A stretch of 64,000 nt of DNA from an uncultured Gemmatimonadales bacterium (lineage in GTDB: Bacteria > Gemmatimonadota > Gemmatimonadetes > Gemmatimonadales > GWC2-71-9). Positions 20,977 through 32,135 of this stretch are shown one piece after another. The notes under the pieces are model-generated. The model saw only the letters and a list, made by a program, of their open reading frames with translations, did no database searches and was not told the DNA's origin. The stretch is taken from positions 704,001-768,000 of the forward strand of contig CAWGED010000019.1 in assembly GCA_963821525.1 (NCBI GenBank). The letters are read 5' to 3'. Position 1 is the stretch's first letter. The number at the start of each line of letters is the position of its first letter. Both the position numbers and the translations under genes were made by a program.

Positions 20977-21996
20977 TCAGCGACTCCCATTTCCCGACAG
21001 GTAGGCCCGGGCCTCGGCCAGGACCCGGGATTGCACCTCGGCCATAGACCCTTCGACCGAAAGGCCTGAGGCCTTGGTATGGCCGCCACCGCCGAATGGC
21101 CTGGCAAAGCCCGCGACATCAACGTCGCCGACGGAACGGAGTGAAACCTTCACCCTGCCGGCAGCGATTTCACGGAACAGGAGCGCCATCCGGACGCCCG
21201 CGATGCTCCGGGGGAACTCGACGATGCCATCGAGATCATCGGGTGTGGCCCCAAAGCGTTCCATCGCACCCGGGGGCACGGTGACCCATGCCAGTCCGTG
21301 CTCCCGTTCAACGACCATGGTCTGGAGCGTCTCGGCCAGGAGACGCGCCCGGCCCTCCGGCGCGTTGGCGTAGACGTCGAGATAGATCTGTTCCGGGTCG
21401 AGACCGACTTCGAGAAGAGCCGCAGCTACACGCAGGACGTGGGGGCGGGTATTGCTGAAGCGGAACGCTCCGGTATCGGTGAGAATCGCGACGTAGAGCG
21501 CGCGGGCCGCGAGTGGGGTGAGCTTCCAGCCGTTGGCCGCTGCGATTTCGTAGACCAGCTCACCCGTGGCGGATGCCTCGGGATTCACATAGCGCGGGCC
21601 GGGGGGAAGCAGTCCCGGGCTCACGTGATGATCGATGCAGGCGACCGGCACTCCCCGGTCCCGAACCAACCCGCCGAGCATGCCGAGGCGACCCAAATCG
21701 GAGATGTCGAGGACGACGATCAGGTCGGACTTGCGGAGTTCCTTCACCGCCGCGTCGCTGCGATCGACGCCCGGGAGATCATGAAAGAGGAAGCTGTAGC
21801 GTTCCGGAGTCGGCGACGGATTGGTGACCGTCACCTCGCAGCCCTTGGCGCGCAGCAGATGCGCGAGGCCTACCTCGCTGCCCAGTCCATCTCCGTCCGG
21901 ATTGACGTGGGTGGTGAGACAGACCCGTTGGCCGGGTGAGAAAACCCCGGCCAATTCCCGTGCGGCGTCGATACGATCGGGAGAAAGCGTTGTCAT
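20977..21996 (-). CDS. nrnA: DHH/DHHA1 bifunctional oligoribonuclease/PAP phosphatase
   Basis: HVNPDGDGLGS, IDHH, TDTGAF, SLRS, GGGGH. Confidence 0.9.
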   Translation of the reverse strand: MTTLSPDRIDAARELAGVFSPGQRVCLTTHVNPDGDGLGSEVGLAHLLRAKGCEVTVTNPSPTPERYSFLFHDLPGVDRSDAAVKELRKSDLIVVLDISDLGRLGMLGGLVRDRGVPVACIDHHVSPGLLPPGPRYVNPEASATGELVYEIAAANGWKLTPLAARALYVAILTDTGAFRFSNTRPHVLRVAAALLEVGLDPEQIYLDVYANAPEGRARLLAETLQTMVVEREHGLAWVTVPPGAMERFGATPDDLDGIVEFPRSIAGVRMALLFREIAAGRVKVSLRSVGDVDVAGFARPFGGGGHTKASGLSVEGSMAEVQSRVLAEARAYLSGNGSR

Positions 21997-22017
21997 ACCG
22001 CGAAATCTAACGACACT

Positions 22018-23497
22018 TCACTTCCGGTTCAGTACCGAATGCCTGCGTCCATAGGTGAAATAGATCAACAATCCGATGAGCATCCAGACCACGAGACGGG
22101 CCCAGGTGTCTTTGGGAAGCGAAATCATCAGGTACCCGCAGAACAGGATTCCGAGCACAGGCACCCAAGGCACCAGTGGAGTCTTGAACGGCCGCGGGAT
22201 GTTCGGGTCGGTGTAGCGCAGCACCAGCACGCCGCCGCAGACGATCACGAAGGCGAGGAGAGTGCCGATCGAAACCAGCTCGCCCAGCAGCCCGATCGGG
22301 AAGAAGCCCGCGATCAGCATCGCGACGATACCGGTCAGGATGCTCGCGATCCAGGGGGTCTGAAACTTGGGATGCACCTTTGCGAACAACGGCGGGAGCA
22401 ACCCGTCCTTCGACATGGTGTAGAAAATCCGGGGCTGCCCCAGCAACATCACCAGGATCACCGACGAGAGGCCGGCGATTGCACCGATCTTGACGATCGG
22501 GCGGAGCCAGGCCAGCCCCGGTCCGGCTGCGTTGATGCCGACCGCGATCGGATCGGGAACGTTGAGCTGGTCGTACTTGACGATGCCGGTGAGCACGAGT
22601 GCCACCGTGATATACAGCACGGTGCAGATGGCGAGCGAGCCCAGGATGCCGATCGGCATGTCCTTTTGGGGATTCTTCGCCTCCTGGGCCGCAGTACTCA
22701 CCGCGTCGAATCCGATGTAGGCGAAGAAGATCACCGCCGCGCCCCGCGCGATGCCCGCCGATGCCGAAATGGCCCGGGTCGGTGGCCGGCGGGATGAAGG
22801 GCACCCAGTTCTCCCGGTTGATGTAGGCCATCCCGAAGGCGATGAAGGCCAGGATCACCGTCATCTTGATGCCGACGATGACGTTGTTGAAGTTGGCTGA
22901 CTCCTTGATGCCGATCACCAGCAGGACCGTTATGAAGAACACGATAAACATCGCTGGGACGTTGATCACGTTTCCCGTCTTGCTCCATCCATGCGCGAAG
23001 AGGCTCCAGAAGTTCCACCACGGCACGTCCGCCGCCACGGTGTGCGTATAGGGCGCTCCGGTGTATTCCGCGGGAATGTTGATCCCCATGTCCTTAAGCA
23101 GCGAGACCGTATAGCCGGACCACCCCACCGCGACCGTGCTGGCCGCGAAGAGGTATTCCAGGATGAGGTCCCAGCCGATGATCCAGGCCACGAATTCCCC
23201 GAGGGTGGCGTAGCCGTAGGTGTACGCCGACCCGGAGATTGGGATCATTGCCGCGAATTCCGCGTAGCACAGTCCGGCGAATCCGCAGGCAACGCCTGCC
23301 AGAATGAACGAGAACACGATGGCCGGACCGGCGTAGGCGGCTGCGGCCTGACCGGTCAGCACGAAAATGCCGGCACCGATGATGGCGCCGATACCCAGCA
23401 GCGTGAGGTTGCCCGCGCCGAGGGCTCGCTTGAGGCTGTGATCGGCCGCGATCGCCTCCTGCAGCGAGGCCACAGTCTTGCGACGGAAGAGGCTCAT
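22018..23497 (-). CDS. APC-family (CAT-type) amino acid permease (frameshift near 22745)
   Basis: LGIGAIIGAGIFV, CYAEFA, GSAYTY, FFAYIGFDAVST, GQPRIF. Confidence 0.92.
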
Positions 23498-23527
23498 CGA
23501 CGCTCCGTTAGGAGAGGGTGAAGGACC

Positions 23528-24988
23528 TCAGGCCTGGCGGCGGCCGAGGCGGGAATGGCGGTAACCAAACGTTCCGTACAGTACGAGCCCGATGACGAAC
23601 CAGATGATCAGCCGTTCCCAGGTCCGCCACGGCAGGGAAACCATCAGGTAGAGCGCGGAGAGCGCGCCGGCCGGGGCGGTGAACCAGATGATGGGAGCCT
23701 TGAAGGGTCGGGCCAGTCCGGGCTCCCGGACACGGAGCACCAGAATGCCGATCGAGACGATCACGAAGGCAAGAAGAGTGCCGATCGAGACCAGGCTGCC
23801 CGCTTCCCGAACAGTGAACCAGCCGGCGGGAATCGCGACGGCGAGGCCGGTCACGATCGAAGTGATCCAGGGAGTCTGGAACCTGGGATGCACCTTGTTG
23901 ACCCATTCCGGGAGCAGCCCGTCCCGCGCCATGCTGTAGAACACGCGAGACTGCCCCAGCAACATCACCAGGATGACCGACGAGAGGCCGGCGATCGCGC
24001 CGAGCTTGATGAAGCTCGAGATCCAGCCCAGCCCGGCCCGATCGGCGACGACCGCGATGGGATCGGGCACGTTGAGCTCGGTGTACGGCACGACGCCGGT
24101 CGCGATACCGGAGACCAGGATGTAGAGAACGGTGCAGACGAGGAGCGAGCCGATGATGCCGATCGGCATGTCCCGCTGCGGATTTCGCGCCTCCTGCGCC
24201 GCCGTACTCACCGCATCGAAGCCGATGTACGCGAAGAACACGACGGCGGCCCCGGTCATCACCCCGCTCCAGCCGAAGGCGCCCTTGATGGGAAGACCGT
24301 CGGGACCCACCGTCTGCGGCGGAATGAACGGGTGCCAGTTGGCCGGGTTCACCGCGTGGATCGTGCCGACGATGAAGACCAGCACCACCGCGACTTTCAC
24401 GAAGACGATCACGTTGTTGACGTTGGCCGACTCCTTGATGCCGACCACGAGCAGCGCGGTAATGATCGCGATGATGATGACGGCGGGGAGGTTGAAGACC
24501 GCGGTGACCGTGGTGCCATCTGCCAGCGTGACCGGACTCCCGTGCGCCGCGCTGAGCCTAGCCGGTATATCGATGCCGATGTCATGGAGAAACGACACCA
24601 CGTAGCCCGACCAGCCGATCGCCACGGTCACCGCACCCAGCGCGTACTCCAGGACCAGGTCCCATCCGATGATCCACGCAATGAACTCGCCGAGCGTCGC
24701 GTAGCCGTAGGTGTAGGCGCTTCCCGCCATCGGGACCAGCGACGCGAATTCCGCGTAGCACAAGGCCGCGAACACCGAGGCGAGGCCCGCGATCACGAAG
24801 GAGAGCACGACGGCCGGCCCGGAATTCTGGGCGGCGACGGTGCCGGTCAGCACGAAGATTCCTGTGCCGATGATGGCCCCGATCCCCAACGCCGTCAGGT
24901 TCCAGGGTCCCAACGCCCGCTTGAGACTGTGGTCCGTGGCGGCTTCGGCCTGCAGGTCGGTGACACTCTTGCGGCGGAAGAGGTCCAT
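23528..24988 (-). CDS. APC-family (CAT-type) amino acid permease
   Basis: LGIGAIIGTGIFV, GSAYTY, FFAYIGFDAVST; tandem paralog of the downstream gene. Confidence 0.94.
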   Translation of the reverse strand: MDLFRRKSVTDLQAEAATDHSLKRALGPWNLTALGIGAIIGTGIFVLTGTVAAQNSGPAVVLSFVIAGLASVFAALCYAEFASLVPMAGSAYTYGYATLGEFIAWIIGWDLVLEYALGAVTVAIGWSGYVVSFLHDIGIDIPARLSAAHGSPVTLADGTTVTAVFNLPAVIIIAIITALLVVGIKESANVNNVIVFVKVAVVLVFIVGTIHAVNPANWHPFIPPQTVGPDGLPIKGAFGWSGVMTGAAVVFFAYIGFDAVSTAAQEARNPQRDMPIGIIGSLLVCTVLYILVSGIATGVVPYTELNVPDPIAVVADRAGLGWISSFIKLGAIAGLSSVILVMLLGQSRVFYSMARDGLLPEWVNKVHPRFQTPWITSIVTGLAVAIPAGWFTVREAGSLVSIGTLLAFVIVSIGILVLRVREPGLARPFKAPIIWFTAPAGALSALYLMVSLPWRTWERLIIWFVIGLVLYGTFGYRHSRLGRRQA

Positions 24989-25013
24989 GGTTTGCCTCAG
25001 TAGGTGGAGGGAG

Positions 25014-25100
25014 GGCCGTAAGCCGTAAGCCGTCAGGCCGTCAGCTGAAGCCGCCGGCGATCGGCTTATGCCTTTCGCTGACGGCTGATAGCTGACCGGC
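25014..25100. repeat. Inverted short-tandem-repeat element D (unit GCCGTAA/GCCGTCA)
   Basis: gccgtaagccgtaagccgtcaggccgtcagc ... gctgacggctgatagctgacc. Confidence 0.75.
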
Positions 25101-25105
25101 GCTCC

Positions 25106-26563
25106 TCACACGTTGTAGTTCGGCGCTTCCCGGGTAATCGTCACGTCGTGGGGATGGGACTCTCGCAACCCGGCGCTGGTGATCTGAATCATCTCGACCT
25201 CGCGCTGTAGCTGCTCGATAGTTGCAGCACCACAGTAGCCCATCCCGCTGCGGAGCCCTCCTACCATCTGGAACAGCACGTCGGCCGCCGGGCCCCTGTA
25301 GGGCACTCGGCCCTCGATGCCTTCCGGCACCATCTTGGAAGACGACAGCTCTCCTTCCTGGAAATAGCGGTCCGCGGAACCGTCCTGCATGGCAGAGAGG
25401 CTGCCCATTCCGCGGATCATCTTGAAGCGGCGGCCTTCGGCGAGCACCGACTCGCCGGGACTCTCTTCGGTGCCGGCCAGCATCGAGCCCATCATGACCG
25501 AGGCGGCCCCGGCGGCGAGCGCCTTCACCACGTCGCCCGAGTACTTGATACCGCCGTCGGCGATGACCGGCACGTCGCCCGCCGCCCGGACCGCGTCCAT
25601 CACGGCGGTGACCTGCGGAACGCCCACGCCGGTCACGACCCGGGTGGTACAAATGCTCCCGGGGCCGACTCCGACCTTCACGGCATCGGCGCCGCGCCGA
25701 ATCAGCTCCTTGGCGCCACTCTCGCTCGCCACGTTGCCGGCGATGAGCTGGGCGTCGGGGAAGGCCTGCCGCATGAGATCCAGCGTCTTGAGGACCCCCT
25801 CGCTGTGGCCGTGCGCCGAATCGATCACCAGCACGTCGGCGCCGGCAGCGAGCAGCTCCTTCGCGCGGTCGATTGCCTCGGGAGTTCCGCCCACCGCGGC
25901 GGCGACCCGAAGCCGCCCGTGCTGATCCTTGTTCGAGTCGGGATACTGGCTGCGCTTGAAAATGTCCTTGACCGTGATCAATCCCCGGAGCACACCCTGC
26001 TGGTCCACCACGGGAAGCTTCTCGATCCGGTGCTTGGCCAGAATCCGTTCCGCCTCGTCGAGCCCGGTGCCAACCGGTGCGGTGACCAGCTTGTCCTTGG
26101 TCATCACCTCGCGGACCGGCTGATCGAGATTCCGCTCGAACTGGAGATCGCGATTGGTGATGATGCCGACCAGCTTCCCCGCGGGATCCACGATCGGGAC
26201 GCCGGAAATCCGGAACCGGTTCATCAGCGTGGCGGCTTCGCGCAGGGGACGATCGGGACCCAGCGTGATCGGGTTCATGATCATCCCGCTCTCGCTGCGC
26301 TTTACCCGATCCACCTCCGCCGCCTGGCGGTCGATCGCCATGTTCTTGTGAAGCACGCCGATCCCGCCCGCCCGCGCCATCGCGATGGCCATCTCCGCCT
26401 CGGTGACGGTGTCCATCGCGGCCGAAACCAGCGGAATGTTGAGCGCGATCTTTCGGGTGAGACGACTCGCGACCGAGACTTGCCGCGGGTGAACTGTGGA
26501 GTGCCGGGGGACCAGCAAAACGTCGTCGAAGGTGAGCGCCAGACCAGGACGAATGGTGCTCAT
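25106..26563 (-). CDS. guaB: IMP dehydrogenase
   Basis: [19 protein letters not shown] pair, [18 protein letters not shown]. Confidence 0.98.
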   Translation of the reverse strand: MSTIRPGLALTFDDVLLVPRHSTVHPRQVSVASRLTRKIALNIPLVSAAMDTVTEAEMAIAMARAGGIGVLHKNMAIDRQAAEVDRVKRSESGMIMNPITLGPDRPLREAATLMNRFRISGVPIVDPAGKLVGIITNRDLQFERNLDQPVREVMTKDKLVTAPVGTGLDEAERILAKHRIEKLPVVDQQGVLRGLITVKDIFKRSQYPDSNKDQHGRLRVAAAVGGTPEAIDRAKELLAAGADVLVIDSAHGHSEGVLKTLDLMRQAFPDAQLIAGNVASESGAKELIRRGADAVKVGVGPGSICTTRVVTGVGVPQVTAVMDAVRAAGDVPVIADGGIKYSGDVVKALAAGAASVMMGSMLAGTEESPGESVLAEGRRFKMIRGMGSLSAMQDGSADRYFQEGELSSSKMVPEGIEGRVPYRGPAADVLFQMVGGLRSGMGYCGAATIEQLQREVEMIQITSAGLRESHPHDVTITREAPNYNV

Positions 26564-26603
26564 GCCTTACACGTTCCGAAATGGGTCGGGGGTTCCATCC
26601 TTA

Positions 26604-26633
26604 AGTCTAGAGGCTGGTTACGGGGTGGGTCAA
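26604..26633 (-). promoter_or_regulatory. Sigma70-type promoter for guaB (TTGACC-N18-TAGACT)
   Basis: Minus-strand ttgacc...tagact about 40 nt upstream of the guaB ATG. Confidence 0.55.
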
Positions 26634-26635
26634 GG

Positions 26636-26728
26636 TAAGGCGGACGGGAGGCGGATTGGCGGAAGGGGGGATAGGCGGATAGGCGGACACTCCAGTCTCA
26701 CCAGTCCTCCTTCAATCCGCTCCCCTCA
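26636..26728. repeat. Degenerate tandem-repeat element E (8-mer GGCGGATA)
   Basis: ggcggacgggaggcggattggcggaaggggggataggcggataggcggac, followed by a weak C-rich counter-arm. Confidence 0.55.
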
Positions 26729-28196
26729 CGATGTTCTTCCGCCACGCCAGGTAGATCGGAATGCCGAGCGCCACAATCAGAAGACCGAACGCGGAATACT
26801 TCCGTTGCACCGGATCGACCAGCAGAACCACAAGCAGGAAAGCGACCGCGGCCATGTACAGCGCTGGCAGCACCGGATATCCGAAGGCTTTGACCGGCCG
26901 GGGTAGATCAGGCTGGATGACTCGAAAGCGAAACAATGCCAGCGTCGTAAAGAAGTAGAAGAGCAGCGACGCAAAGATGACGTAGGTCAGGAGCTCGCTG
27001 TAGGTGCCGCTCAAACAGAGCAGCATGGCCCAGACCGCCTGGGCTCCAAGCCCGAATACGGGGGTGCGGAAGGTCGGGTGCAGCTCACCAGCCTTCCGGA
27101 AGAAGAGCCCGTCCTTCGCCATGGCGTAATAGACCCGAGGCCCCGCGAGAACCAGCCCGTTCACGCAGCCGAAGGTGGAGAGCATGATCGCGATCGCCAT
27201 GAGCACCGCGCCGATCGGACCGAACATCACCTCGGCCGCCGCGACACCTACCCGATCCTGCGCAGCGTGCTGGATGCCACGCGCGATGGTGTCGACGCCG
27301 TTCGGGTCTCCGTGGAAGGGAAGCAGGTTCAGGTACGCCACATTGGCGAGCACATAGAGCAGCGATACCGTGGCGGTCCCGACCCCGAGAGCCAGCGGCA
27401 GATTTCGCCGCGGATTCTGCACCTCGGCTGCGGCGAAGGTGACGTTGTTCCAGGCATCAGCCGAGAAGAGGCTGCCGACCATGGCGGCGCCCAGCACCGG
27501 GAGCACCGCGAGAGACCAGGAGCCTGTCCCCCAGAAGTTGCTGAAGTTCAACGCCGCGATTTCCGGCCGGCGAAGCACCGTGAGGCCGAGCAGGATCAGC
27601 ACGCTCAACGCACCGACCTTGGCCACGGCGAAGACGGTCTGGATCTGCGCCCCGAGTGTCACTCCGCGAGCATTGAGCACGGTCAGGACCAGAACCACAC
27701 CCACCGCCACGAGCCGCTGGTAGGACACACCGATCTCAATCGGCCCCCCGGGCATCTGCAGGTGACCGAGCGAGAGGAAGACATCGGGGGTAACACCGGG
27801 AATCAGCACGCTCAGGAACTTGCCGAACGCGACGGCGACCGCGGCGATGGTGCCGGTCTGGATTACCGCAAACAGCGTCCACCCGAACAGGAATCCGATC
27901 AGCGGGGAGAGCCCGTCTCGCAGGAAGATGTATTGCCCTCCCGCCTTAGGGATCATCGCCGCGAGCTCGGCATAGGCCAGCGCTCCGGTGACGGTCATGA
28001 GACCGGTGACGACCCAGACGATCATCAGGGCGCCCGGACCCCACGCATCTACCTGCCGCCCGATGTCGGCCGAGACGATGAAGATGCCCGAGCCGATCAT
28101 GGTCCCCACGACAAGCGAGACTGCCGCGAGCGGTCCGATGCCTTCGATGAATTGCTTGGGACCGCGCTCGGTGGCGGGTTCGGCCGTGGTGGTCAT
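26712..28196 (-). CDS. APC-family (LAT-type) amino acid permease
   Basis: VVGTMIGSGIF, AYAELAAMIPKAGGQY, FSADAWNN, GPRVYYAMA. Confidence 0.93.
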   Translation of the reverse strand: MTTTAEPATERGPKQFIEGIGPLAAVSLVVGTMIGSGIFIVSADIGRQVDAWGPGALMIVWVVTGLMTVTGALAYAELAAMIPKAGGQYIFLRDGLSPLIGFLFGWTLFAVIQTGTIAAVAVAFGKFLSVLIPGVTPDVFLSLGHLQMPGGPIEIGVSYQRLVAVGVVLVLTVLNARGVTLGAQIQTVFAVAKVGALSVLILLGLTVLRRPEIAALNFSNFWGTGSWSLAVLPVLGAAMVGSLFSADAWNNVTFAAAEVQNPRRNLPLALGVGTATVSLLYVLANVAYLNLLPFHGDPNGVDTIARGIQHAAQDRVGVAAAEVMFGPIGAVLMAIAIMLSTFGCVNGLVLAGPRVYYAMAKDGLFFRKAGELHPTFRTPVFGLGAQAVWAMLLCLSGTYSELLTYVIFASLLFYFFTTLALFRFRVIQPDLPRPVKAFGYPVLPALYMAAVAFLLVVLLVDPVQRKYSAFGLLIVALGIPIYLAWRKNIVRGAD

Positions 28197-28327
28197 GGGT
28201 GAAGGGGTAGTAGGTGGTAGGTGGTGGGTTGTAGGGAGTCTGGAGCAGGAATTAGGGAGTACGGAGCCAGGCAAGACGACGGACCTCGCCCTTGGCCCCA
28301 CTCCCTACTCCCTACCACCTACTACCT
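28197..28327. repeat. Inverted short-tandem-repeat element G (unit GGTGGTA/GGGAGTA; same family as A)
   Basis: ggtagtaggtggtaggtggtgggttgtagggagtctggag ... ccccactccctactccctaccacctactacct. Confidence 0.85.
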
Positions 28328-28664
28328 ATTTGGATTTTTCGACCTTCTGCCCGGTCTGCTGCGACGATTCCGCCGCCTTGACCGCTTCGTCTACGACCGC
28401 CTGACCCGCGGCCGCCAGTCCCTTCATGATCCGCGAGGCACTATCCATCACACTGGCGGTACCGCTGATGGCCTGCACCGGCAGCTTGGCGGCGCGCATC
28501 GTGTCTTCCACCGTTTCGGTGATCTTCGCCAGGATGCCTCCCGGCGCCGCGCGCTCCGCGTATTTGCTCTCCAGGAATTCGATGAAATCGAGGATCTGAT
28601 ACGCGCGCTCGTCCGGCAGCGACTCGAGGCGTCGCATGATGCGCTGGCGGAGGAGATCGTTCAT
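28326..28664 (-). CDS. Small hypothetical helical protein (DUF2281-like N-terminus)
   Basis: MNDLLRQRIMRRLESLPDERAYQILDFIEFLESKY followed by an Ala-rich helix; clean ORF. Confidence 0.7.
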   Translation of the reverse strand: MNDLLRQRIMRRLESLPDERAYQILDFIEFLESKYAERAAPGGILAKITETVEDTMRAAKLPVQAISGTASVMDSASRIMKGLAAAGQAVVDEAVKAAESSQQTGQKVEKSK

Positions 28665-28666
28665 GG

Positions 28667-28786
28667 GGTGAACGGTGAACAGTGAACGGTGAACAGGTCG
28701 GAAATCACCGTTGCGCACTCAGCAATTTACTAGCGATTGAACTGGTGGCGTGAGCAGGATCCCGTTCCACCGTTCACCGTCCCCGT
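28667..28786. repeat. Inverted short-tandem-repeat element F (unit GTGAACG)
   Basis: ggtgaacggtgaacagtgaacggtgaacag (28667-28696) ... ccgttccaccgttcaccgtccccg (28762-28785). Confidence 0.8.
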
Positions 28787-29783
28787 CTAGCTCCCCAGCC
28801 CCTTCACCACACCGAGCAGCTCAACCACCGGTGTCGGGAGATACTTGCTGGTCGCCGCCTTGATCGTGGCGCGGATGGTCAGCTCCTGCAGCGCATCCAC
28901 GGCGCGGAACTGGTCGAGCTTGCTCTGCGGCACGATGACGTAGACGAAGCCGGGCTCCGGTAGCGGTCCCCGGGTGAGCAGGTAGGACTGGCCCGCGGGA
29001 ATCTCCGGCCTCAGCTCGTCGGCCTTCTGAATGGCGACGAACTGGACCCTCCACTCCACCACCTTGCCGACGAAGCGTGAGGGATTGGCCCGCACTTCCG
29101 CCTGAGAAACGCCGATCAGGATGTCGTTGGTTGCGGGGCGCAGGGCGCTGTCTTTGACCCAAGCCTCGACTTGAATCCTGGTCCACTCCCCTGCTCTGCC
29201 CAGTACCTTCGCCTGCATTCCGGAATCGAGCGAGCCGAGTTCGGCACCTCCTGCAACCGCGGCGAGTGGAATGTTCGCGGGTAACCTCGACCCGATCAGC
29301 GGGAGCCGGGCCACTCGATGGATCCGAGGTGGAGGCCGCCGTGGTTGGCGACAGGCTCTTGCGCGGCACCCACCCCGTCCGCTTCACCCTGGTCCACCCG
29401 CCCTGAGTTCCGACCTTATTGAGCAGAACGCCGGAGGAAAGGCGCGCGATCACAGCGCCGTTCGGGGCCTGCCGGAGATTCTCGCTGGGTTTCTCGGTGA
29501 CGATGAGGTCGAATCCGTCTCGCTTGGTCGGGTCGAGGGAACTGGAGATGACCCATCCATCTATGGTGACTTCGACGGATTCTCCGTCCACTCGTCCGGT
29601 TGCGACCTGAGCCCCGGGCAGCAAGGTACCAATTACCTGACCGCCCGGTGTTTTCGCGAAGCGCAGCTCCGCCGGAACCCGTTGCGTCTGGGCGAAAACC
29701 GGTGTTGCGGCGAGCACGAAAGCGACAACGAGCGAGGCTGGTAGCCGGCCGAGGGCAGGACTAGATTGCGGCGCGTCAAGCAC
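28787..29783 (-). CDS. Exported SH3-like repeat protein (frameshift near 29280)
   Basis: Signal peptide; three SH3b-like segments (ENLRQAPNGAVIARL...GGWTRVKRTGWV; GEWTRIQVEAWV); OB-like C-terminus. Confidence 0.65.
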
Positions 29784-29811
29784 GATCCGATTGTAGAAAC
29801 GATGGAGGGCC

Positions 29812-31374
29812 ATGTCAAACCGACCGGCGCCAAAGGCACCGGTGGTCCTGGTGGTTTTGGACGGCTGGGGGTATCGCCAGGCCCGGGACGGAAACGCGAT
29901 CGAGCTGTCCCGCACTCCCGTATGGCATCGCCTGTGGGAGTCCTATCCCCGTACCCTGCTCGAAGCGAGTGGCCTCGCCGTCGGCCTTCCTGAGGGCCAG
30001 ATGGGAAACAGCGAGGTGGGCCACCTGAACCTCGGAGCCGGCAGGGTAGTGCCGCAGGACCTGGTCCGAATCTCTCAAAGCATTCAGCGCGGGGAGTTCT
30101 TTTCGCTGCCGCCTCTGGTCGAGCTCTGCGCTTCGTTGCGCCAGAGCGGCGGGACCCTGCACATCATGGGTCTGCTGGGCCCGGGCGGAGTCCACGCGAT
30201 TGATCAGCATCTGCTCGCCTGCGTGGAGCTGGGGGTGCGGCACCGGGTTTCCCGCATTGTCATCCACGGGTTCCTCGACGGCCGCGACACTCTTCCCACG
30301 ATCGGCGAGCAGGTCGTTGCCAAGTTGCAGGACGATCTGAAGCGCATCGCTCCCGGCCAGGCCGTCATCGCGACGCTGATCGGGCGCTACTACGCGATGG
30401 ACCGGGACCGGAGATGGGATCGCACCCGGATGGCCTACGACGCCATGGTGCGCGGCATCGGGGTTCGGGCGCAGGATCCGGTGGCCGCGGTGAAGGCCGC
30501 CCTTGCGCGTGGCGAGACCGACGAGTTCGTGAAGCCCATCGTGCTCGAGAAAGACGGGCAACCCGTTGCGACGATCAAGGACAACGACGGGGTGCTGTGT
30601 TTCAACTACCGCAGCGATCGGATGCGCCAGATCGTCCGGGCCCTCATCACCGACCGGTTCGACGGCTTCGATGTCCACGACCGTCCCCGAGTCTCCATGG
30701 TCACGATGACGCAGTACGATCGCACCTTCGCGGTTCCCCAGGCCTTTCCTCCCTTCACCATGGCGAAGATCGTCGCCGAGGTCCTGGCCGACTGCGGGCG
30801 CACCCAGCTGCGTACCGCGGAGACCGAGAAGTATCCCCACGTCACCTACTTCTTCAACGGGGGATACGAGCCGCCGTACAAAGGAGAAGAACGCTCGCTG
30901 GTGCCGTCCCAGAAGGTGGCGACCTACGATCTCGCTCCGGAGATGAGCGCCGCGGGGATCACCGATGTACTGTGCGGCGCCATCGCGAAGAAGAGCCACG
31001 ATTTCATGCTCTGCAATTTCGCCAACGCGGATATGGTGGGACACACCGGAGTGCTGCCCGCGGTCATCAAGGCGGTGGAAACCGTGGACCAGTGCCTGGA
31101 CCGGGTCCTGGCGACCGCGGACTCCGCCGGAGCCACGGTGCTGGTTACGGCCGATCACGGGAACTGCGAGTTGATGATCGACCCCGAGACCGGTGGTCCC
31201 CATACCGCTCACACCACGAATCCCGTGCCCTTCGTTGCCGTGCGGGCCGGGAACAACCCGCTCCGCTCGGGGGGCGCCCTGTGCGATGTCGGACCGACCG
31301 TGCTCGGCCTCCTCGGCCTCGAACAACCCCCTGAAATGACGGGACGAGATCTGCGCCTGAACAGTGCGAAGTAG
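29812..31374 (+). CDS. gpmI: 2,3-bisphosphoglycerate-independent phosphoglycerate mutase
   Basis: LDGWG, MGNSEVGH, GRYYAMDRD, AETEKYPHVT, DMVGHTG, TADHGN. Confidence 0.98.
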   Translation: MSNRPAPKAPVVLVVLDGWGYRQARDGNAIELSRTPVWHRLWESYPRTLLEASGLAVGLPEGQMGNSEVGHLNLGAGRVVPQDLVRISQSIQRGEFFSLPPLVELCASLRQSGGTLHIMGLLGPGGVHAIDQHLLACVELGVRHRVSRIVIHGFLDGRDTLPTIGEQVVAKLQDDLKRIAPGQAVIATLIGRYYAMDRDRRWDRTRMAYDAMVRGIGVRAQDPVAAVKAALARGETDEFVKPIVLEKDGQPVATIKDNDGVLCFNYRSDRMRQIVRALITDRFDGFDVHDRPRVSMVTMTQYDRTFAVPQAFPPFTMAKIVAEVLADCGRTQLRTAETEKYPHVTYFFNGGYEPPYKGEERSLVPSQKVATYDLAPEMSAAGITDVLCGAIAKKSHDFMLCNFANADMVGHTGVLPAVIKAVETVDQCLDRVLATADSAGATVLVTADHGNCELMIDPETGGPHTAHTTNPVPFVAVRAGNNPLRSGGALCDVGPTVLGLLGLEQPPEMTGRDLRLNSAK

Positions 31375-31420
31375 GCGCGCTCGACCCTCAATGCCTCGAG
31401 TCCCCCACTACATTTCGCCG

Positions 31421-32128
31421 ATGCGATTTCGCCTCAGCCTCACGTTTGCGCTGCTGTCCCTGGCGGTCCGACTGGACGCCCAGGTCGGCCATCCGCCCTC
31501 GTCTTCTCCCTACCGCGACATCCTCTACAATATTTCGTTCACGCCTTATGTGGGCTGGATCGGCGGCGACGGGGGAGATATCGGTGTCGGGCCACACGAC
31601 GGCGTCGTATACGGAGCACGCGTCGACTACCGGCTGAGCAACACGCTCTCGCTTGGCGCGAACTTCGAGACCGGAGTGCTCGACCGGTTGATCGTGGACG
31701 CCGACGACCCGGTGGATTCACGGGTGACGGGCCCCGTCTCGCAGCGGCTCAACATGCTTGAGGGAACAGTCCAACTGAACATTACCGGCAAGAAGAGCTG
31801 GCATGGCTTCGCGCCCTTCGTCGGCGGGACTGCCGGTGTGGCCTGGGCGGAGGAGACACCGGCAGATACCAGCGGTTACCGTTTCGGCACCCGGGCGGTG
31901 CTGGCTCCGCTTTTCGGATTCCGGTTCTTCCCGGGCCAGCGCATTCACTTCCGGGTCGACGGGCGCTGGCTCTTCTGGCAGCTCAAGTATCCCAGCTCCT
32001 ACTTCGATGAGCCGGCGGACGACCCAGCGGGGCCGGGCGAGCGTTCCCATGCGGTTCTCGCGGGCCACCATGCGGAGGAGTGGACTGGTGGCGCCGAATT
32101 CCGCTTCGGCATCGGGTTCTCGTTCTGA
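31421..32128 (+). CDS. Outer-membrane beta-barrel-like exported protein
   Basis: Signal peptide, alternating beta-strands, C-terminal FGIGFSF. Confidence 0.7.
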   Translation: MRFRLSLTFALLSLAVRLDAQVGHPPSSSPYRDILYNISFTPYVGWIGGDGGDIGVGPHDGVVYGARVDYRLSNTLSLGANFETGVLDRLIVDADDPVDSRVTGPVSQRLNMLEGTVQLNITGKKSWHGFAPFVGGTAGVAWAEETPADTSGYRFGTRAVLAPLFGFRFFPGQRIHFRVDGRWLFWQLKYPSSYFDEPADDPAGPGERSHAVLAGHHAEEWTGGAEFRFGIGFSF

Positions 32129-32135
32129 CCTGACA

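Noticed and set aside
26564..26640. Purine riboswitch before guaB; also preQ1 before queD and Moco riboswitch before mobA
   Set aside because: The leaders are too short or the genes overlap, and no consensus motifs are visible.
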